This document shows positions 52,133 through 61,872 of a stretch of DNA of 64,000 nucleotides, piece by piece. Origin of the DNA: an uncultured Candidatus Babeliaceae bacterium. GTDB lineage: Bacteria; Babelota; Babeliae; Babelales; Babelaceae. The stretch's first letter is position 1. Every line of letters begins with the position of its first letter. The stretch covers positions 576,001-640,000 of the forward strand of contig OY969927.1 in the NCBI GenBank assembly GCA_963704655.1, written 5' to 3'. Under the pieces are notes generated by a model. That model did not search any database and was not told the DNA's origin. It was given only the letters and a program-made list of their open reading frames with translations. The position numbers and the translations under genes were made by a program.

Positions 52133-53449
52133 TTAATCTTCTTCTTCATAATCTTCGTCTTCATCTTCCATAGTAGCTCGTGCCATCTCTTGAATCGATT
52201 CAGCATCACGCGGCAGCTCAGCGCTTAAGCACTCAGCGCCATCAGCGACAATCCAGTAATCATCTTCAATACGGATTCCGATATTCTCTTCTGGAATATA
52301 AATACCCGGCTCAATAGTAATAACATTACCCTCTTCAAGTGGTAAAGTATAATCACCAACATCATGCACATCAAGCCCTAAATAGTGGCCAATGCCATGC
52401 TTAAAGTATTTTGCAAAACCTTTTTTCTCTAAATGGGCGACTGCCATATGGTGCAGTGACTGATCAGGTTTATCAGGATTTTTGAGCCACACACCTGGAC
52501 GTGCTTTAGTTGCAATATATTCATGCGTTGCAAGAACCGCTTCATACACTTCACGTTGACGTTTAGTAAATGTCCCCGATGCTGGGTAGGTACGTGTAAT
52601 ATCTGCGCAATAGTAATCATATTCAGCACCTATATCAACAACCACAAGATCATTTGGTTGAATAGCAGCGTTACCATTATGATAGTGCAAAATCGTGGTA
52701 TTTTTACCCGTTGCTACAATAGAAGGAAATGCAACAGAACCCTGAGATTCTGCAAAGATATATTCAATACCAGCTTTTATAACAGACTCTTTTACACCAG
52801 CCTGAATAACGCGCGCTGCTGCTTCTTGAGCAACCATAGTAAGTTCTACAGCTTTAAAAAGTGCTTCAATTTCGAACTTATTTTTTCGTGAGCGCTGTAA
52901 TGCGATCGCATTACTAATATCATGTAGATAATTTTTAAATTCAGGCAATAATGTCTGCATATGCATCACAAAAACAGGATATAAAAGCTGACGCGTATGA
53001 TGCGCATATGGCATACAAATCTTGCCGCCATCAGAAGTAATATTTTTTATATATGCAATAAGATCTTGGTACTGCTCTGCACCTGCGAGTAAGCTTGGCT
53101 CATAACCACGTTGCGGCTTGCCTAAATACTGCACATCGCTCATAGAAAGTTGTTGTGCACATTCACGTGTTGCTACAACTGTTTCAACTAACCAGTCTGA
53201 ACGTGGTGTTGCGTATGATGGGATAAAAAGACGTGATTTGCCCGAAAGTTCGATAATTAAAACTAAACCCGGTTCAGTTAAACCGGTATAGTAATAAAAT
53301 GAGCTATCTTGTCTAAAAGTGTGCTTGCCGTCTTCAAATCCTGCAAGCAACATGATAGCACCAGATTTCATGGTTGGGTTTTGCTTTTTAACAAGATCGA
53401 CTAATTCTTTTCGTCGACGGTCATAAAATGCATATGATGATTGTTTCAA
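52133..53449 (-). CDS. pepP: Xaa-Pro aminopeptidase (M24B)
   Basis: FRQDSSFYYYTG, LHY, DIGAE...ADITRT, HGIGHYLGLDVHD, IEPGIY, IRIEDD. Confidence 0.93.
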   Translation of the reverse strand: MKQSSYAFYDRRRKELVDLVKKQNPTMKSGAIMLLAGFEDGKHTFRQDSSFYYYTGLTEPGLVLIIELSGKSRLFIPSYATPRSDWLVETVVATRECAQQLSMSDVQYLGKPQRGYEPSLLAGAEQYQDLIAYIKNITSDGGKICMPYAHHTRQLLYPVFVMHMQTLLPEFKNYLHDISNAIALQRSRKNKFEIEALFKAVELTMVAQEAAARVIQAGVKESVIKAGIEYIFAESQGSVAFPSIVATGKNTTILHYHNGNAAIQPNDLVVVDIGAEYDYYCADITRTYPASGTFTKRQREVYEAVLATHEYIATKARPGVWLKNPDKPDQSLHHMAVAHLEKKGFAKYFKHGIGHYLGLDVHDVGDYTLPLEEGNVITIEPGIYIPEENIGIRIEDDYWIVADGAECLSAELPRDAESIQEMARATMEDEDEDYEEED

Positions 53450-54057
53450 AAGAGACGCCTTTCTGCTAAAGCTTTAAATACGGTGACACGGTCAACAGAT
53501 TCTAATGATGAACCAACCGGTACACCTCGTGATAAACAGGTAATTTTAAACGTACGTTCTGGGTACGCCTGATTAATTTTTCGTGCAATATATGATGATG
53601 TTGCCTCGCCTTCTGGCGTTTGATTTAATGCAAATATCAGCTCTGTACACGAAGATGATAAACGATTTACCAGCTGCGGGACTGAAAGATCTTCAGGCGC
53701 AATGCCATCAAGGGGAGAAATCGCGCCACCCAGCACATGATACACACCGGTAAATCCGCCCGTTTTTTCAATTGCATACAAATCATACCACGTTTCAACT
53801 ACACAAATGATACCCTTGTCACGCGCAGGCGATGAACAGTAGGTACAACTACCCTGCTTTTCTTGCCATGCACAACAAACGTCACACTTTTTAAGACCGG
53901 CATGAGCCTCTTGCAAAGTCGCGTTAAATTGCGCAAGCCGCTGCGCATCCATCTGTAAAAAATGGTGCGCAACACGATACAAGTTTTTTGAAGCAAGATA
54001 GGGAACCTGCTGCAACTGTTTTAAAAGCTTTGTGAGTGTTGGTAACTGATCATTCAT
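53446..54057 (-). CDS. recR: Recombination protein RecR
   Basis: C4 zinc finger, ICVVE, YHVLGG.ISPLDG, EGEAT. Confidence 0.96.
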   Translation of the reverse strand: MNDQLPTLTKLLKQLQQVPYLASKNLYRVAHHFLQMDAQRLAQFNATLQEAHAGLKKCDVCCAWQEKQGSCTYCSSPARDKGIICVVETWYDLYAIEKTGGFTGVYHVLGGAISPLDGIAPEDLSVPQLVNRLSSSCTELIFALNQTPEGEATSSYIARKINQAYPERTFKITCLSRGVPVGSSLESVDRVTVFKALAERRLF

Positions 54058-54080
54058 AATAACTTCATACCCTTAAGTGT

Positions 54081-54141
54081 GTCACCCTGAGCGTGTCTCA
54101 GGGTCTTATTCGCTAACCCTTCGACAAGCTCAGGATGAGCG
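54081..54141. repeat. REP-like family A doublet
   Basis: Reverse copy GTCACCCTGAGCGTGTCTCAGGGT then ACCCTTCGACAAGCTCAGGATGAGCG. Confidence 0.78.
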
Positions 54142-54171
54142 ATTTTTTTAGTCCGGGATGACACGATTTTT

Positions 54172-55740
54172 TTACGCAAACAATTTTTTTGTTTCAGTAA
54201 CTGCAAGTCTGGTTACAATATTAGTTAAAATAAAGAGCACCAAGCCGGCAGAAAAGGTTGTCATAAGCCCACCAATCAATAATGCCATACCAAAGGTAAT
54301 CGCATTTTGGCGTATATCAACTTTACTTCCCGATAATTTTGTAAAGAGCGGGAACACAATGCCAACAAAGACACACAGGGGCAAAATATAATACGGGTCC
54401 TTTGCCGAAAGATCGGTGATCCAGCCATAAAATGGCGCATTATAGAGCTCTACCGATGATGAAAGAACTTTATTTAATCCGATAAAGAAGAACGTTTGCA
54501 GCACAAATGACAAACAGCCCAAGGCATCAAAATTGCCATGTTTTTGGATAAGCTCAGATTTTTCCTGCGCTAAGCGTTCTTTGTCATGCTTATATTTTTG
54601 TTCAATGTATTGCATCTTTTTACTAAAATCAGTTGCTTTTTGAATAGATTTCTCACCACGTGACGTGAACGGCAAAAGAAGAAGATTCATCAAAACAGTA
54701 AGAATAATAATGGCAAGCCCAAAATTATGAACAAAGTCATATAAAAATTTAAGGGCAAACAACAATGGCCGCGCTATAAGAGTAAACCAGCCATAATCAA
54801 GAAGCTCAGTTAAGCGGACATCGCTCTTTTCAAGTGTTTCATACTCTTTCGGGCCACAGTACCATGACAAGGTAAACGTTGTAGGCACAGAGACTTCAGG
54901 TCCTTCAACAATACACTCTAAAAGAGCATGTGTTGAATGTTCTTGTTTTGTTGCAGCAAAATATGATCGCTGCGCAAAAGTAGGGCTAGTTTTAACAAGC
55001 GCATTTACAAAATAGCGGTCTGCAAGGCCTGACAATGTTGGCTGAGCAAATGCTTTATCGGTGATCTCTGATGTTTTAAGACGCTGCAATGAGTCTTTTT
55101 GATTATTTACTAACGCAAGATCATAATAATCTGTCGTTTCTAGACCTGCAAGCTGCGGTGCTGGAAAGATAATGCGCGGGGCAACAGGAGTATATGGATT
55201 AATCGTTAGGGTCATATCGATCACATAACTTGAATCATAGACTTTATACTGCTTTATAACTTTACCAAGCGCGCTTTCTGATTCATAGGTGATAGTGTGT
55301 ACGCCGTCTGTGTAGTCTTGTGCTGTTAATTCGTAGTCCAATGGGGTATCTTTATCAAACGCAACCAAGAACGAACGTTGTGTGCCATTAAGAGTCGGTG
55401 TTATAATCTCAAGAGACTTTTCAACATGGCCGCTTACCTTTTTACACACCACGTGATGTATGGTTGCACCCTGCGATGAGAACGCTATATCGCTATAAGG
55501 CGTTGATATAGATGTAATTTTTGGTTGATTTTTTGAAAAAAGAGCGATATCCTCATCTAAAAAATTAACTTCCGTTGCAAGAGGCTTATTCATTTGCTCT
55601 GGGAGAGTTACATGAAAAGCTTGTCCAGATTTAATCTCTTGAGTATCTTTAATAAAGAAACGATCAATAATAAAATAATTGATCAACATTGTAGTAATGA
55701 CTGCAAATGAAAGAGAAATAAACAATTGTTTTGTATCCAT
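54172..55740 (-). CDS. yidC: Membrane protein insertase YidC
   Basis: GPKEY, DYGWF, NFGLAIIILT, GWITDLSA.DPYYILP. Confidence 0.95.
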   Translation of the reverse strand: MDTKQLFISLSFAVITTMLINYFIIDRFFIKDTQEIKSGQAFHVTLPEQMNKPLATEVNFLDEDIALFSKNQPKITSISTPYSDIAFSSQGATIHHVVCKKVSGHVEKSLEIITPTLNGTQRSFLVAFDKDTPLDYELTAQDYTDGVHTITYESESALGKVIKQYKVYDSSYVIDMTLTINPYTPVAPRIIFPAPQLAGLETTDYYDLALVNNQKDSLQRLKTSEITDKAFAQPTLSGLADRYFVNALVKTSPTFAQRSYFAATKQEHSTHALLECIVEGPEVSVPTTFTLSWYCGPKEYETLEKSDVRLTELLDYGWFTLIARPLLFALKFLYDFVHNFGLAIIILTVLMNLLLLPFTSRGEKSIQKATDFSKKMQYIEQKYKHDKERLAQEKSELIQKHGNFDALGCLSFVLQTFFFIGLNKVLSSSVELYNAPFYGWITDLSAKDPYYILPLCVFVGIVFPLFTKLSGSKVDIRQNAITFGMALLIGGLMTTFSAGLVLFILTNIVTRLAVTETKKLFA

Positions 55741-55862
55741 GAGGTTTTACCGGTAAAAATGATATACGTTATTTATAAATATGATACCATGAAGAACCAC
55801 ATTCTGCTAGCACGTAACGCGCATGAGGCGCATAAGAAGAACACGCTAAAAAGGAGCACTTT

Positions 55863-56291
55863 ATGAAAATTTCAAAGCAAAAATTTCGCATAGGCGAGCT
55901 TGCGACAAAACTCGAAGTAGAACGTTTTGTTATCCGCTTTTGGGAAAAAGAGTTTAGTATAAAAGGCTTTAGATCTGAAGGCGGACAGCGCTTTTATGAT
56001 GATAAAGATCTTAAGAAGTTCGAACTCATTAAAGATCTTTTATACGGCAAAGGCTTTACAATATCCGGCGCTAAAAAATATCTTAAAGAGCATAAAAATA
56101 ATGCTCAAAAGCTTCTTAACGAGGCCCATATTATTGCTTCAAGCATAACAACTATGGATCAAGAGCAAACTTCTGAAAAGCCAGTTGATGGCCGTCGCAA
56201 AAAGCACCAGCAAGTTGAACTCCCAGAAGATATCGCATCACAAATAGTTCAATTACAGAAAAAATTGCTTAAGTTACGCGAACTTCTTTAA
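55863..56291 (+). CDS. MerR family transcriptional regulator
   Basis: FRIGELA...VIRFWEKEF...GQRFY...LLY..GFTI.GA. Confidence 0.9.
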   Translation: MKISKQKFRIGELATKLEVERFVIRFWEKEFSIKGFRSEGGQRFYDDKDLKKFELIKDLLYGKGFTISGAKKYLKEHKNNAQKLLNEAHIIASSITTMDQEQTSEKPVDGRRKKHQQVELPEDIASQIVQLQKKLLKLRELL

Positions 56292-56302
56292 TAGCATCTA
56301 TC

Positions 56303-56336
56303 GCCTATCTGCATTGCTTGAACACGGCAGATAGGC
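56303..56336. repeat. Intergenic hairpin
   Basis: GCCTATCTGC...GCAGATAGGC 10-bp inverted repeat, no U-tract. Confidence 0.5.
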
Positions 56337-56358
56337 TCACCCGTAAAAATGTTTAACC

Positions 56359-57768
56359 ATGTATAAGAAAAAAAATCATATTCATTTTATCGGCATTGGC
56401 GGCATCGGCATGAGTGGAATAGCCACGATTTTAAAAAATCAAGGCTATCATATCTCTGGTTGTGACAACGACCTTGAACAAAAAAGTGTTCATGACTTAA
56501 CACTCCTGGGATGCTCCATTTATGCAGGCAACAATAGTACAGCCTGTAACGACCCATCAATCGATATTCTGGTCTACTCTTCTGCCATTAAAGCTGACAA
56601 CCCAGAAATTCTTGCAGCTCAAAAACGTGGAATTCCTACGATATCACGCGCATTAATGCTTGCAGAGCTCATGCGCACCAAATATAGCGTTGCTATTGCC
56701 GGTGCCCATGGAAAGACGACCACGACCTCTATGATTTCACATATTCTTATCGAGGCACAAACTGATCCAACAGTGATTATTGGTGGCCACCTTAAAAATA
56801 TCTCCAGTAACGCGCGTTTTGGTAAAGGTGATTTTTTAGTCGCCGAAGCTGATGAAAGCGATAAATCACTCTTGCGCCTTTACCCCACTATCGCCGTAGT
56901 TACCAATATCGACTTGGAACATATTGACGTCTATAAAGATATTGAAGATATCAAAAATACGTTTAAAAAATTTCTTGAAAATATTCCATTCTATGGAAAA
57001 GCGATACTCTGCGATGATGACCAGAATATTGATGCGATACTGCCGTTAACTACCACTAAAACTATACGTTATGGTTTTAAGCCAACTTCAGACATCTATG
57101 GACAGGATATTACGCTACAAAAAACATTTTCTACCTGCACGGTATGGAAACGTGGCTCATCGCAACCGCTTGGCGCACTCTATTTAACCATGCCAGGCCG
57201 GCATAACTTGTTAAATGCACTTGCTGCGATAACCGTATGCCTTGAGCTAGATATTCCATTTCAAACGATCCTGAGCGCACTTGCAAACTTTAAGGGCATC
57301 GACAGACGCTTTACTCTTAAAGGGACGCATAATGGCGCACTAGTTTTTGATGATTATGGGCATCACCCAACAGAGATTGCACAAACACTTAAAGTTGCCC
57401 GCAAACGAACAGATGGTAAACTTGTTGTTGCTTTCCAGCCACACCGGTATACTCGCACGGCTGGTTTATGGAACGACTTTATTGAACTGTTTTCACAAAA
57501 GGACACGATTGATCACTTGATTATTACGGATATTTATCCTGCAAGTGAGGCGCCTATTGCCGATATCACCAGTGAGCGATTTGTAGCTGAACTTAAGGCA
57601 AAAAACCCTACGCTTTCAATCACCTACTGCCCTTTAGATGACACGTTTACAACTATTAAACAAAATCTTATTGATAAATTAGCGCAAGGCGATTTACTTC
57701 TTTTACAGGGGGCCGGTAAAATTAATAAACTGGTTAATTACTTAGAGATACAAAAAGAAGATAATTAA
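56359..57768 (+). CDS. murC: UDP-MurNAc:L-alanine ligase
   Basis: HFIGIGGIGMSG, GAHGKTTT, EADESD, DDYGHHPTE, FQPHRYTR. Confidence 0.97.
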   Translation: MYKKKNHIHFIGIGGIGMSGIATILKNQGYHISGCDNDLEQKSVHDLTLLGCSIYAGNNSTACNDPSIDILVYSSAIKADNPEILAAQKRGIPTISRALMLAELMRTKYSVAIAGAHGKTTTTSMISHILIEAQTDPTVIIGGHLKNISSNARFGKGDFLVAEADESDKSLLRLYPTIAVVTNIDLEHIDVYKDIEDIKNTFKKFLENIPFYGKAILCDDDQNIDAILPLTTTKTIRYGFKPTSDIYGQDITLQKTFSTCTVWKRGSSQPLGALYLTMPGRHNLLNALAAITVCLELDIPFQTILSALANFKGIDRRFTLKGTHNGALVFDDYGHHPTEIAQTLKVARKRTDGKLVVAFQPHRYTRTAGLWNDFIELFSQKDTIDHLIITDIYPASEAPIADITSERFVAELKAKNPTLSITYCPLDDTFTTIKQNLIDKLAQGDLLLLQGAGKINKLVNYLEIQKEDN

Positions 57769-57787
57769 GTTCTTAAAAAGGGCACGT

Positions 57788-58078
57788 GTGAAAAAAATTC
57801 TGCTGAGCTTACTACTTTGCTCAATTTCACTTAATGCAGGCAAATTTGATGAATGGATACAAGAATTAGGCCGAAATGAATTTTTAGAACATTATCTTAA
57901 AACAAGAGCTGAGCTGCTCAGCACAATAACTGATTTGCAGAAAGCACTTAACATATTAGGTGACTCAGAGCATAAGAAATTCTTAGAAGATCTTCTGCAA
58001 CGGGAAAGAATTACCCTTAAACGGGCAGAAAGAAAAATTCATTATTACACACCTAAACAACCTGCTGCGAAATACTAA
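57788..58078 (+). CDS. Small secreted hypothetical protein
   Basis: GTG start with AAAGGG RBS; signal ending SLNA; helical. Confidence 0.6.
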   Translation: MKKILLSLLLCSISLNAGKFDEWIQELGRNEFLEHYLKTRAELLSTITDLQKALNILGDSEHKKFLEDLLQRERITLKRAERKIHYYTPKQPAAKY

Positions 58079-58151
58079 TTATTGAGTTTCCCCCGTAATT
58101 TTGGCCATACTAACAAGTAGGGATAGAACTTTTTTATAAAAGGGGATTAGT

Positions 58152-58529
58152 ATGAATAGATTCAAAAATGTACTTATGGACGTTTTGCTTATTGTCTCAT
58201 GCGCAACTCTGCACGCAGGTAACGGTAGTGCAGGCTGGGGAGCATTTGGTGGTACACTAGGTGGTAGCATGTTGGGAACAATGGCCGGAAACGCCATTGC
58301 AAATAGACCAGCACGAACAGAAGTTGTGCAAGTGCCCGTGCAACAAGCGCCCGCGCCACGCGATGATTATGACGATTCTGCAGCTGTACGTAAACTTAAA
58401 AGAGAGAATAAAGAACTTGCTGCCGAAGTCGAAGAACTTTCTGATGAAGTTATAGCGCTCAAAAAAGAGATTAAAAAACTTAAAGCAGAAAAAAGTGGTA
58501 AAACTTCCCGCGCTGCAGCAGCTGCATAA
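58152..58529 (+). CDS. Secreted glycine-zipper/coiled-coil protein
   Basis: Signal, GWGAFGGTLGGSMLGTMAG, heptad-rich C-terminus. Confidence 0.7.
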   Translation: MNRFKNVLMDVLLIVSCATLHAGNGSAGWGAFGGTLGGSMLGTMAGNAIANRPARTEVVQVPVQQAPAPRDDYDDSAAVRKLKRENKELAAEVEELSDEVIALKKEIKKLKAEKSGKTSRAAAAA

Positions 58530-58551
58530 GTAAACCAAATTATTAAATTAT

Positions 58552-58585
58552 AAAAAAAAGCCCCGATTTTCTCGAGGGCTTTTTT
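58552..58585. terminator. Bidirectional terminator, AAAAGCCCCGA family
   Basis: AAAAAAAAGCCCCGATTTTCTCGAGGGCTTTTTT. Confidence 0.75.
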
Positions 58586-58655
58586 AACTTACTATAAGAT
58601 TTTATTCCAGAGCCATGACAAATAATTTAATTTTTAGCTTAAACACACTTGATTC

Positions 58656-59096
58656 TTATTTTTCAATTTCGCCATCCTCATCTATGATAATAGAGCGATT
58701 TGCTGATAAATAGCTCAAAACATTTACCTTTTTAAGGTTAGCAAGCTCAAGCCTTTCTTGTATTTTATCGCGCGGGTAGTCATAGAAAGTAAGAGTGAAT
58801 TTTTCAAAATCATTCATGAGATACGTCATATGAATAAGATACAACTTCTTAGCAGTTTGAATTGCCGGAAGTCTTACCTGATTTTCTGCAACGCTCTCTT
58901 CAAATAATTTAGCATACGTAAGCTCATACTTACAATCATGCTCAATCTCAATAGGTTTTCTTTCCTTTTTATTAAAGGGTAAAAACAGTTGTATATTTTT
59001 GTCACTCAAATTTAATATTTTAATTGTTTGATTCGGAGCATAAAGAATAGATACAAAAATACAACTTAAGACTATTACTAACTTCTTCATATTCAT
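58656..59096 (-). CDS. Secreted hypothetical protein
   Basis: MNMKKLVIVL...ILYA signal. Confidence 0.6.
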   Translation of the reverse strand: MNMKKLVIVLSCIFVSILYAPNQTIKILNLSDKNIQLFLPFNKKERKPIEIEHDCKYELTYAKLFEESVAENQVRLPAIQTAKKLYLIHMTYLMNDFEKFTLTFYDYPRDKIQERLELANLKKVNVLSYLSANRSIIIDEDGEIEK

Positions 59097-59106
59097 TTTT
59101 TTTTCC

Positions 59107-59135
59107 AAAAAAAAGCCCTCTGTTTAAGAGGGCTT
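59107..59135 (-). terminator. Terminator of the ffh-rplS operon
   Basis: AAGCCCTC...GAGGGCTT with A-tract (U-tract on minus strand). Confidence 0.7.
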
Positions 59136-59143
59136 AAATATCT

Positions 59144-59557
59144 TTATGAACGAGTGCCAAAGAAAATGACCACTCGGTTATCGGGACGAATCGAAACGGT
59201 ACAAAACTTTTGAGGCTTCTCAAAAACGAGTAATACTTCAGATTCAACGCTAAAAAGATGTAACTCTTTCCAGCCTAAGCGCTCCATCTCAAATTGATAG
59301 AACTTAACCAGGTCACCCAGTTCAAAGGTACTTATAAAAGTAAGCCCTGTAGAATCTGCCGTAGAACCACTCAAAGTATGAGGGGCCACCTGTACAGGCA
59401 AGGGTATATCGGTAAGATGCGCTTCGCTTTTTAGAACGGGCTGCTCGTCATAGTAATGATGCGAAACATTGTTACTTAATTTCTTGTAACACGCAGGCAA
59501 AATTAGTATACAACAAAGAACAAACCAATTACTTAGCTGCCGCTGTTTTTTGAGCAT
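59144..59557 (-). CDS. Putative lipoprotein
   Basis: MLKKQRQLSNWFVLCCILILPAC lipobox; DIPLP...FYQFEMERLGW; start overlaps the end of rplS. Confidence 0.6.
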   Translation of the reverse strand: MLKKQRQLSNWFVLCCILILPACYKKLSNNVSHHYYDEQPVLKSEAHLTDIPLPVQVAPHTLSGSTADSTGLTFISTFELGDLVKFYQFEMERLGWKELHLFSVESEVLLVFEKPQKFCTVSIRPDNRVVIFFGTRS

Positions 59558-59942
59558 GTGCTGCATTTTTTTGCTCTTTAGTAAGAACTTTTTCTTTAAC
59601 GCGTGCAGCTTTACCAATACGTGTTCTCATATAATATAATTTTGAACGACGCACATCACCTTGATGGACATACTTAATAGAGTCAATCGCAGGTGAGTAG
59701 AATGGTAAGATACGTTCGATAGAGATACCGTTAGCACCGATTCTACGAATGGTAAAGGTTGAAGAAGCGCCGCTTTTATGCATTGCAATAACGTCACCTT
59801 CAAACATTTGAAGACGCTCTTTATCGCCCTCTTTAATCTTTAACGCAACTTCGATACAGTCGCCAACTTGAAACTTTGGAAAGCCACGGTCATATTGGCC
59901 AAGCTCTTTAATTGTTTCTTTGGTATATTTTGGTGATTTCAT
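59529..59942 (-). CDS. rplS: 50S ribosomal protein L19
   Basis: EGDKERLQ.FEG, GDVRRSKLYY.R. Confidence 0.97.
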   Translation of the reverse strand: MKSPKYTKETIKELGQYDRGFPKFQVGDCIEVALKIKEGDKERLQMFEGDVIAMHKSGASSTFTIRRIGANGISIERILPFYSPAIDSIKYVHQGDVRRSKLYYMRTRIGKAARVKEKVLTKEQKNAAHAQKTAAAK

Positions 59943-59991
59943 AATAATCCTTAATTATAACTTTTTACCTTCTTACTATACTAAAAAAAAT

Positions 59992-61314
59992 TCATACTGT
60001 CTTCTTATTTTTCCCCAACCACCGATCCAGTATCACTGCAGCTGCCGAACGTACCGACAGATGGTTAAATGAAGAGAAACCCTCAAGTGGAACCAAGCGA
60101 TAATCGCATCGTTCCATCAATTCAGGAGTTAATCCCCTACCAGTGCCAAGCACAATCAAGACGGGCCGATCACAAGACCAGACCTTTTCTTGATCAAAAA
60201 AGGTAATCGATCCCGGATGAGTATCTGTTTTTGCCCCCGTAGCGACCAAAACAGGCGCTTTACCCTCACGCTGAGTGATCTGCGCGATAACATTTTCAAG
60301 GTTACTTTCTAATATAACATGGTTAAGTGCTTCATGACGATAGTTATTATAAGAAATTCCCGGACCCTCTTGCCAAAAGCCTAAAAGCGTCTTTACAATC
60401 GCCTGTTGATCAACAAGGGGGGTAACAATAAAATAATTTTTTAAACCGTATGTTATTGCAGAACGAGCAATATCATGAATATCAAGGGAGGTAACCGAAG
60501 TAGTACCAACTTTTGTGTTCACTTTATCTTCTGACACTAAAACTTCACTATGCATGAGTACCACATAATGATGCGGCAGATTTTTTTCCACCAGTCGTTC
60601 TTGCTCACTGGTAAACTCTGGATAACTTCGTACCCAATCAAAATGCTGCAACACCGATTCACGCGCAACCTCTTGCTGGCGCCAATCGGCAATAGCTTTA
60701 TGGTTCCCACTGCGCAGCAACTCAGGGACCTGGTGCCCTTTCCACTCAACAGGGGCAGTGTACTCTGGATAATCGACAAATGGCCCTGAAAAGGAATCCA
60801 ACTCAACCGACTCAGACTTACCAACTATAGCAGGAACAAAACGAAGCAGCCCTTCAAGAAAAACCATTGCCGGCACATCGCCACCCATCAAAACAAAGTC
60901 ACCGATTGAGACTATCTCATCGGCATATTCTGTTTCAATGCGCGCGTCCATGCCCTCATAACGCGCAGGCAGAAGCATCAAATGATCTTTTTCTTGAGCA
61001 TGCATGCGATCATAAATAGCGCGTAATGATTTTTGATTGAGTTTTTTTCCTCGAGGAGAAAAAAAGACCTTATACGCGCAACCATGCTGGGCTTCTATAT
61101 CAGTAACGGCGCGTTCGATAATCTCAGGCTTGATAACCATACCAGCACCATGGCCGAATGTAGGACCATCAATGCGCTGTTTAGGCTCTGCATAAGAAAA
61201 AAGATTATAGACATTCGTGTCAATGATGCGCTTTTCTCGAGCACGTTCCACCAAGCTTGTTGAAAAAAAAGGCTTATAGAGTTCAGGGAAAAGCGTAACA
61301 ACAGAGATTTTCAT
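59992..61314 (-). CDS. trmD: tRNA (m1G37) methyltransferase TrmD fused to a Tm1570-like SPOUT methyltransferase
   Basis: N-terminal TLFPE, RYEG.D.R, SIGDFVL.GG, YPEYT, SGNH; C-terminal TTSVTSLDIHDIARS..TYG, GTG.GL, FNHLSVRSAAAVILDR. Confidence 0.92.
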   Translation of the reverse strand: MKISVVTLFPELYKPFFSTSLVERAREKRIIDTNVYNLFSYAEPKQRIDGPTFGHGAGMVIKPEIIERAVTDIEAQHGCAYKVFFSPRGKKLNQKSLRAIYDRMHAQEKDHLMLLPARYEGMDARIETEYADEIVSIGDFVLMGGDVPAMVFLEGLLRFVPAIVGKSESVELDSFSGPFVDYPEYTAPVEWKGHQVPELLRSGNHKAIADWRQQEVARESVLQHFDWVRSYPEFTSEQERLVEKNLPHHYVVLMHSEVLVSEDKVNTKVGTTSVTSLDIHDIARSAITYGLKNYFIVTPLVDQQAIVKTLLGFWQEGPGISYNNYRHEALNHVILESNLENVIAQITQREGKAPVLVATGAKTDTHPGSITFFDQEKVWSCDRPVLIVLGTGRGLTPELMERCDYRLVPLEGFSSFNHLSVRSAAAVILDRWLGKNKKTV

Positions 61315-61316
61315 AG

Positions 61317-61556
61317 TTAAGCGGCAACGTCGACGACGATCTCTTTAATCTGACCAGGCGCAAGAAGGTTCGAAGCTGTGCGAAGCGCTCTAAAAACGCG
61401 ACCTTCACTGCCGATAACGCGTGCGATATCGCTTCCTGCAACTTTAATTTGAATTACAACAGCAGGGCTATTATCAACTGGCATCTCCTGCACTGAAACA
61501 GCAGATGGGTTGTCGACAAGCCCTTTAACAACAGACTCAATAAATAAGCGAATCAT
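61317..61556 (-). CDS. khpA: KH-domain RNA-binding protein
   Basis: LVDNP..V, D..RVIG.EGR...ALR; between rpsP and trmD. Confidence 0.88.
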   Translation of the reverse strand: MIRLFIESVVKGLVDNPSAVSVQEMPVDNSPAVVIQIKVAGSDIARVIGSEGRVFRALRTASNLLAPGQIKEIVVDVAA

Positions 61557-61571
61557 GATAACTCTTTACCG

Positions 61572-61844
61572 TTAAGCTGCAGCTACCGGTGCTTTTACTA
61601 CTTCAGCTTGTTTTTTAAACGCTTTGTGTAATTTCTTTACTGCATCTGTTTCTTGTGCGCCAAGACCGATCCAATGCTGAATACGAGCTTCATGAAACTG
61701 AACAAACTCTTTTGAACGAGGATTGTAAGTTCCTAAGATTTCAAGTGATGCGCCATCACGTTTTTTACGTTCATCAATTGCGACGATACGATAAAACGGA
61801 GCATTCTTTTTCCCGATACGGGAAAGTCTAATTTTAACTGCCAT
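61572..61844 (-). CDS. rpsP: 30S ribosomal protein S16
   Basis: MAVKIRL.R.GKK..PFYRIV. Confidence 0.97.
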   Translation of the reverse strand: MAVKIRLSRIGKKNAPFYRIVAIDERKKRDGASLEILGTYNPRSKEFVQFHEARIQHWIGLGAQETDAVKKLHKAFKKQAEVVKAPVAAA

Positions 61845-61872
61845 GTAAACCTTTCAACATAATTACATCCCC

